Position numbers and translations under genes: made by a program. 64,000 nucleotides of DNA from assembly GCA_026985555.1 (NCBI GenBank), contig JALSQF010000010.1, forward strand, positions 97,163 through 161,162. Direction: 5' to 3'. Origin of the DNA: Candidatus Moraniibacteriota bacterium (GTDB lineage: Bacteria > Patescibacteriota > Minisyncoccia > Moranbacterales > UBA9337). The notes beneath the pieces are model-generated. The model was not told where the DNA came from. It searched no databases and worked only from the letters and a program-made list of their open reading frames with translations. Positions 57,932 to 64,000 of this stretch are shown here, piece after piece. How positions within the stretch are numbered: the first letter of the stretch is position 1; each line of letters opens with the position of its first letter.

Positions 57932-58480
57932 TTAATTAATAAAATACTTATTTAGTTCTAAAAATATTTTATTAAAAGCTACATAAAGCACTTTCTTTTC
58001 ATCAGAAGAAAATTTACTTAAAACAAATTTTTCTCCACTAATATTATTCCTATTTTTTCTTCCTCCTTGTTTTTCTATTCCTATTCTAATTCTTATAAAT
58101 TTATCTTCATCTATATAATCAACTATACTTCTAACTCCTTTATGTCCGCCCTTAAAAGGTTTTTGAGTAATTTTATACATTCCTATTTCTAAATCCAAAT
58201 CATCGTAAATAACTATTATGTTTTGAGAAATAATTTTATAATAATCCATTACTTTTTTAACTGCTTTTCCCGACAAATTCATATAGGTTTGAGGTTTTAG
58301 TAAGAGAACATTTTTAGAATTATCTTTAATGATACTAATTTTACTTTTTAATTTTGATTCCAATCTAAAGCTCTTTCCTTTCCATTTTTCATTTAAAAAA
58401 TCTAGCAACAAAAAACCAGCATTATGCCGAGTATTAACATAATCCTTTCCCGGATTACCTAATCCAACTATAAGATTCAT
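57932..58480 (-). CDS. pth: Peptidyl-tRNA hydrolase
   Basis: LIVGLGNPG..Y..TRHNAG, KPQTYMNLSG, DDLDL, GH.G, RIRIGI. Confidence 0.96.
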   Translation of the reverse strand: MNLIVGLGNPGKDYVNTRHNAGFLLLDFLNEKWKGKSFRLESKLKSKISIIKDNSKNVLLLKPQTYMNLSGKAVKKVMDYYKIISQNIIVIYDDLDLEIGMYKITQKPFKGGHKGVRSIVDYIDEDKFIRIRIGIEKQGGRKNRNNISGEKFVLSKFSSDEKKVLYVAFNKIFLELNKYFIN

Positions 58481-58504
58481 AGTTTTGAAAATTTTATATT
58501 TATT

Positions 58505-61500
58505 CTAGTGACGAAAACCAGTTCCGGCTGGTATCAAACGTCCAATTATAACATTTTCTTTTAATCCTCTTAATTTATCCTCTTTTCCTGTGACAGCCGC
58601 ATTAATTAAAACTCTGGTAGTTTCTTGAAAAGAAGCAGCACTTAAAAATGAATCTGTAGAAAGAGCTACGCGTGTAATTCCCAATACCATTTCTTCTCCT
58701 TGAGCTTTTTTTCCTCCTTCTTTTGTTACTTCCTGATTAGCTTCTATAAAACGTTCTTTTTCTACAATATCGTCTGGCAATAAATATGTATCCCCTGGAT
58801 CAGTTATTCTAATCCTACTCAACATTTGACGAATAATAATTTCTATATGTTTATCATTAATTCCTTCTCCTTGAGAAGCGTAAATTTCTTGAATTTCACG
58901 CACAATATAACGATGTACTTTCTCCTTACCTTGAAGTTTATAAATCTTTTTTATATCAATATGACCCTCTATTAAAGGAGTACCTTTAGCTACTAAATCC
59001 CCTTCTTTTACTAATAAAGTAGCATTACTAGGAACAGAATATTTTTTTATTCCTGATTTTTTATCATCTGTTTTAATTTCTATAGACAATGTTTTATCTG
59101 AGTCTGAACTAATTTTTTGGACCTTACCTTTTACATCTGATATAAGTGCTTCTCCCTTTGGTGGACGAGCTTCAAATATTTCTTCTACTCTTGGTAAACC
59201 TTGAGTAATATCCGTTCCTGCTACACCACCAATGTGAAAAGTACGCATAGTTAATTGGGTCCCTGGTTCTCCAATTGCTTGAGCAGCTACTACCCCCACC
59301 GCCTGACCAATTTCCACTAATCCTCCTCTTCCCAAATCAACACCATAACATTTTTGACATAATCCTTTTTTCGCTTTGCAAGTGACTCCTGTACGGATCT
59401 TAACTTTTTCTATCTTAGCTTCATCTATAGCTAAAGCTTGTTCTTTAGAAATCAAATCTCCTTTTTTCGCAATAATTTTTCCTGTTTTTGGATTTTTTAA
59501 TGTTTCCGTAACAAAACGTCCCTCTACTCTTTCTGCAAAACTTTGACCAATTCTATCTGAATCTTCTCTATAAATATAAGTTCCTTCCTTGTCACCACAA
59601 TCTTCTTCCTTAATAATAACATCTTGAGCCACATCTACTAAACGACGAGTTAAATAACCAGCTGTAGCAGTTCTTAAAGCAGTATCTGCCATACCTTTAC
59701 GCGTTCCATGAGTAGACATAAAATATTCCAAAACATTAAAACCTTCCTTGAAAGAACTTTTTACAGGTAGCTCTAAAGTCTCTCCTGTTGGTCCCGCCAT
59801 TAATCCTTTCATACCTGTCATTTGCACAACTACAGATTCACTTCCTCTAGCTTTAGAATATACCATAGCATAAACTGGACCTTCTTTATCTAAAGATTTT
59901 CTAACGCTTTCAGTGATAATATCCTTAGCTTCACTCCAAATTTCAATTACCTTATTTCGTTTTTCTTCAGCGGTAAGAAGTCCCATTTCATATTGTTTAA
60001 TAATTTCTTCTACCTTATTCTCCGCTTCTTGTATAATTTTACTTTTTTCTTGAGGAACAACCAAATCATCCATTCCCCAACTAATACCAGATTGGGTAGA
60101 CATTTTAAATCCTAAATTTTTAATTTTATCAATATAATCTGCTGTTCTTTCTTGCCCTACTTTCTCTAATAATTCAGCTACTAAAGTTTTTAATTCTTTT
60201 TTAGTTAATTCTTTGTTTATGAAACTTATTTCTTGTGGAAGAATATCGTTTAATAATATTCTTCCTACGGATGTTTTTATAATTTTTTTCTCTAGTAAAA
60301 AATTAATTTCAGTATTAATCTTTATAGAACCATTTTCAAAAGCTAAAATAGCTTCTTCCTGCGATGAAAAATATTTTCCTTCTCCCTTCAATCCTTTTTT
60401 TATGTGAGTTAAATAATAAACACCTAAAACAATATCTTGAGAAGGAATTGCGATAGGATCACCACTGGCTGGTTTTAAAAGATTATTACGAGAGAGCATT
60501 ATTTGTGCACTCTCCTCTCTTGCTTTATCGGTAAGAGGAACATGCACCGCCATTTGATCTCCATCAAAATCAGCGTTAAAAGCAGCACAAACCATTGGAT
60601 GAATTTGAATAGCTTTTCCTTCAATTAAAATCGGTTGAAAAGCTTGAATAGAAAGACGATGTAAAGTAGGAGCTCTATTTAATAATACATAGTGCTCTTC
60701 AATAATTTCATCTAGTATTTCATAAGCTTCTTCTGCTTCGCCATCTATAATTCTTCCTGCTGTTCTAACATTGTGAGCGTATTCTCTTTCAATTAATTTA
60801 TTAATAATAAAAGGTTTAAATAATTCTAATGCCATTTTTTTAGGTAAACCAGCCTGGTGCATCTCTAATTGAGGACCTACCACAATAACACTTCTACCAG
60901 AATAATCTACTCTTTTACCTAATAAATTTTGACGAAAACGACCTTGCTTACCTTTTAATGAATCAGCTAGAGAACGTAACGGCCGACGTTGACCAGTGGA
61001 AGCAGCTACAGAAGCTTGCCCACGACGAGCACTATTATCAAATAATGAATCCACTGCTTCTTGCAACATTCTTTTTTCATTACGAGTAATAACTTCTGGA
61101 GCACCCAACTCAATTAGTTTTTTCAAACGATTATTACGATTTATAATTCTACGATAAAGATCATTTAAATCTGAAGTAGCAAAACGCCCTCCATCTAGAG
61201 CTACCATGGGACGCAGATCTGGAGGAATAACTGGAATAACTGTTGGCAACATCCATTCTAATTTTAACTTTGCCTTTCTCATTCCTTGCATCAATTTCAG
61301 CCTTTTTATTAGTTTCTTTTGATCTACGTTTTTTTCTTCCAAATTTTTTTTAATATTATCTATCTCTTTTTTTATATCCATTTCTTCTAAAATCTTCCTG
61401 ATAGCTTCTGCTCCTATTCCTGCGCTAAAGACCTGACCAAAACGACTAGATAAATTAAAGTATTCTATTTCTGAGAGAACTTGAAATAATTTTAAGTTTT

Positions 61501-62068
61501 TCAATTCATCTCTTGAATTTTGATAGACCTGTTTAATTTTTTCTGTTTCTTCCTTAATATTTCCATTTTTTTCTAATTCTTTTTTCTTAATTTTATATTC
61601 TCTTTTTAATTCTTCTAATGCTTTTTGTCTTGCTTCTTCATCTATTTTAGTTACTAAGTAGGCAGAAAAATAAACTACTTTTTCTACATTTTGTGGAGAA
61701 ATACCTAAGGCTAAACCTAGTCTAGAAGGAATGCCTCTTAAAAACCAAATATGAGAAACGGGAACAGCTAATTTAATATGGCCCATTCTTTCTCTACGAA
61801 CACTAGATCTAGTTACCTCTACTCCACAACGATCACAAACTATACCTTTATATCTAATTCTTTTATATTTTCCACAATAACATTCATAATCTTTAGATGG
61901 ACCAAATATTTTTTCACAAAAAAGACCATCTTTTTCATAACGTTGTGTGCGATAATTAATAGTTTCTGGCTTAGTTACTTCTCCATGAGACCATCTTAAA
62001 ATATCATCAGGACTAGCTAGTTTTAGCTTTATACTATTAAAATCACTTATTTTGGTTATGTTTTCCAT
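58505..62068 (-). CDS. rpoC: RNA polymerase beta' subunit
   Basis: [46 protein letters not shown]. Confidence 0.99.
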   Translation of the reverse strand: MENITKISDFNSIKLKLASPDDILRWSHGEVTKPETINYRTQRYEKDGLFCEKIFGPSKDYECYCGKYKRIRYKGIVCDRCGVEVTRSSVRRERMGHIKLAVPVSHIWFLRGIPSRLGLALGISPQNVEKVVYFSAYLVTKIDEEARQKALEELKREYKIKKKELEKNGNIKEETEKIKQVYQNSRDELKNLKLFQVLSEIEYFNLSSRFGQVFSAGIGAEAIRKILEEMDIKKEIDNIKKNLEEKNVDQKKLIKRLKLMQGMRKAKLKLEWMLPTVIPVIPPDLRPMVALDGGRFATSDLNDLYRRIINRNNRLKKLIELGAPEVITRNEKRMLQEAVDSLFDNSARRGQASVAASTGQRRPLRSLADSLKGKQGRFRQNLLGKRVDYSGRSVIVVGPQLEMHQAGLPKKMALELFKPFIINKLIEREYAHNVRTAGRIIDGEAEEAYEILDEIIEEHYVLLNRAPTLHRLSIQAFQPILIEGKAIQIHPMVCAAFNADFDGDQMAVHVPLTDKAREESAQIMLSRNNLLKPASGDPIAIPSQDIVLGVYYLTHIKKGLKGEGKYFSSQEEAILAFENGSIKINTEINFLLEKKIIKTSVGRILLNDILPQEISFINKELTKKELKTLVAELLEKVGQERTADYIDKIKNLGFKMSTQSGISWGMDDLVVPQEKSKIIQEAENKVEEIIKQYEMGLLTAEEKRNKVIEIWSEAKDIITESVRKSLDKEGPVYAMVYSKARGSESVVVQMTGMKGLMAGPTGETLELPVKSSFKEGFNVLEYFMSTHGTRKGMADTALRTATAGYLTRRLVDVAQDVIIKEEDCGDKEGTYIYREDSDRIGQSFAERVEGRFVTETLKNPKTGKIIAKKGDLISKEQALAIDEAKIEKVKIRTGVTCKAKKGLCQKCYGVDLGRGGLVEIGQAVGVVAAQAIGEPGTQLTMRTFHIGGVAGTDITQGLPRVEEIFEARPPKGEALISDVKGKVQKISSDSDKTLSIEIKTDDKKSGIKKYSVPSNATLLVKEGDLVAKGTPLIEGHIDIKKIYKLQGKEKVHRYIVREIQEIYASQGEGINDKHIEIIIRQMLSRIRITDPGDTYLLPDDIVEKERFIEANQEVTKEGGKKAQGEEMVLGITRVALSTDSFLSAASFQETTRVLINAAVTGKEDKLRGLKENVIIGRLIPAGTGFRH

Positions 62069-62178
62069 AGCTTCAGAAATATATTTTACTTAAAAAATAA
62101 GAATAGTTTTTAAGTAAAAAAAATTAATTAATTACTTTTTAATATAGTTTTTTTATTTATACTAATTTTCTCTCAGCT

Positions 62179-64000
62179 TTATTTATTTTGAACCTTATTA
62201 GATTTAACTCCCAATAATTCCACATTTAAACATAAACCTTTTAATTCATTCACTAAAACATGGAATGATGCTGGTAAATTAGGACTATGAATAGCTTCTC
62301 CTTTGATAATTGATTCATAAGCCTTAGAACGTCCCATAACATCATCAGATTTAATAGTTAACATTTCTTGTAAAGCATACGCTGCTCCATATCCTTCTAG
62401 AGCCCAAACTTCCATTTCACCAAAACGTTGTCCCCCAAACTGTGCTTTACCTCCTAATGGTTGTTGTGTAATTAATGAATAAGGCCCTATAGATCGCATA
62501 TGTATCTTATCCTCAACTAAGTGATTAAGTTTCATAACATACATAACACCCACCGTAGATTCATTATCAAAATATTCACCTGTACGAGCATCTACTAATC
62601 TTATTTTTCCATTTTCAGGTAAACCTGCCTTTTTTAATTCAGCTTTAATATCTTCCTCACTAACACCATCTAACGCAGGACTAGCCACCTTATATCCTAA
62701 TTGACTAGCAGCCCATCCCAAATGAGTTTCTAATATCTGTCCAATATTCATACGACTGGCCACTCCCAATGGATTTAATATAACATCTACAGGAGTTCCG
62801 TCTGGTAAATAAGGCATATCTTCTATCGGAGCAATTCTAGAAATTACACCTTTATTTCCATGTCTTCCTGCTAATTTATCTCCCACAGAAATTTTTCTTA
62901 ATTGTGCAATGGATACTTGAATTTGTTTAATTACACCAGTAGGTAAACGATCTCCTTGTTCTCTTGAAAAAATTTTTATATCTACTACTTTTCCATGTTC
63001 ACCATGAGGTAAATATAAAGATGAATCTTTTACATCTCTTGATTTTTCTCCGAAGATAGCTCTCAATAACCTTTCTTCAGCAGTTAAATCACTTTCTCCT
63101 TTAGGAGTAATTTTTCCTACTAAAATATCTCCTGAAGAAACTTCTGCTCCAATACGAATAATTCCTTCTTCATCAAGATTCTTTAAACGTTCTTCACCAA
63201 TATTAGGTATATCCCTGGTAACAACCTCTGGGCCTAACTTAGTATCTCTTACATCAATAGAAAAATCCTCAATATGGATAGAGCTATATTTATCTTCTCG
63301 TAACAATCTTTCGGATAAAATTATAGCATCTTCAAAATTATAACCTTGCCAAGGAACAAATGCCACTAAAACATTTTGACCTAAAGCTAATTCTCCATGA
63401 TCCGTAGAGGCTCCATCAGCAAGCATTTGCCCTTTTTTAATAACTTCTCCTTTTTTCACTCTTGGAACTTGATTCATACTAGAAAAAGCATTAGATTTAG
63501 CAAATGTCTGTAAAATATATTCTCTTTTCTGTTTCTTGTTTTTATGAGAAGTTTTTTTCTCTTCAACTACTATATGATCGGCATCCACAGCTATAACCTT
63601 CCCACTTTCTTTGGCAATTACTACTTGACCAGAATCAGCTGCCGCTTTATCTTCAATACCTGTTCCTACCACTGGAGAATCAGGAATAATACAAGAAACT
63701 GCTTGCCGTTGCATATTAGAACCCATTAAAGCTCGGTTTGCATCATCATGCTCTAAAAAAGGAATTAAAGAAGTTGCAACAGATATACATTGTTTAGCAG
63801 AAACATCTATATAATCTAACTGAGAAGATTCAATCATTTCAGGATAACCTTTTACTCTAGCTTCTACCACATCTTCTATTAAATTAGAATTGTCATCTAT
63901 TTTAACTCCTGCATGAGCAATATTTTTTCTATCTTCCACAGTAGCATTAATGAATTCTATCTCGTTGCTAACATATGGTTTTATTTTTATTTTTTTCTTT
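62179..64000 (-). CDS. rpoB: RNA polymerase beta subunit, C-terminal part; frame open to the window end
   Basis: [45 protein letters not shown]. Confidence 0.99.
   Translation of the reverse strand, partial: KKKIKIKPYVSNEIEFINATVEDRKNIAHAGVKIDDNSNLIEDVVEARVKGYPEMIESSQLDYIDVSAKQCISVATSLIPFLEHDDANRALMGSNMQRQAVSCIIPDSPVVGTGIEDKAAADSGQVVIAKESGKVIAVDADHIVVEEKKTSHKNKKQKREYILQTFAKSNAFSSMNQVPRVKKGEVIKKGQMLADGASTDHGELALGQNVLVAFVPWQGYNFEDAIILSERLLREDKYSSIHIEDFSIDVRDTKLGPEVVTRDIPNIGEERLKNLDEEGIIRIGAEVSSGDILVGKITPKGESDLTAEERLLRAIFGEKSRDVKDSSLYLPHGEHGKVVDIKIFSREQGDRLPTGVIKQIQVSIAQLRKISVGDKLAGRHGNKGVISRIAPIEDMPYLPDGTPVDVILNPLGVASRMNIGQILETHLGWAASQLGYKVASPALDGVSEEDIKAELKKAGLPENGKIRLVDARTGEYFDNESTVGVMYVMKLNHLVEDKIHMRSIGPYSLITQQPLGGKAQFGGQRFGEMEVWALEGYGAAYALQEMLTIKSDDVMGRSKAYESIIKGEAIHSPNLPASFHVLVNELKGLCLNVELLGVKSNKVQNK

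Noticed and set aside
13677-63729. Short antisense or overlapping ORFs in the track (e.g. 13677, 15836, 19240, 20746, 27597, 32028, 32685, 33890, 37694, 42921, 44697, 45912, 47817, 48007, 52499, 56028, 56945, 57078, 60213, 61778, 63544)
   Set aside because: They are shadow frames of better-supported genes, with no motifs or expression signals.
1-64000. CRISPR arrays, prophage, IS elements, inteins, introns or TGA recoding
   Set aside because: No spaced repeats or mobile-element enzymes were seen; rpoC, recG and topA are uninterrupted; TGA terminates intact genes (e.g. at 3437).

Overview
Very AT-rich bacterial chromosome segment (standard code, TGA used as stop). The gene content points to a Patescibacteria/CPR organism, probably Parcubacteria (inference). 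It carries core genes (rpoB partial, rpoC, topA, recG, recO, holB, scpB, pth, murB, comF, hpf, yebC, nrdR plus a split class III RNR), many envelope glycosyltransferases, four tRNAs and a probable 6S-like ncRNA. No CRISPR array, integrase or transposase was seen. The most notable items are: (1) a complete leader-peptide transcription attenuator (22-aa aromatic-rich uORF with 1:2, 2:3 and 3:4 helices) controlling two tiny Zn-ribbon ORFans; (2) a recurring class of stand-alone ORFan units sharing a boxA-like motif and a strong Shine-Dalgarno; (3) a GT-C-like membrane protein whose internal blocks appear swapped, with duplicated junction scars; (4) a split dikinase plus histidine-phosphatase module; (5) a split NrdD with the glycyl-radical domain in trans; (6) ispG next to a feoB 3' remnant; (7) a perfect four-way-junction hairpin and a perfect 48-bp palindrome. 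All calls come from reading the sequence; no searches were run.
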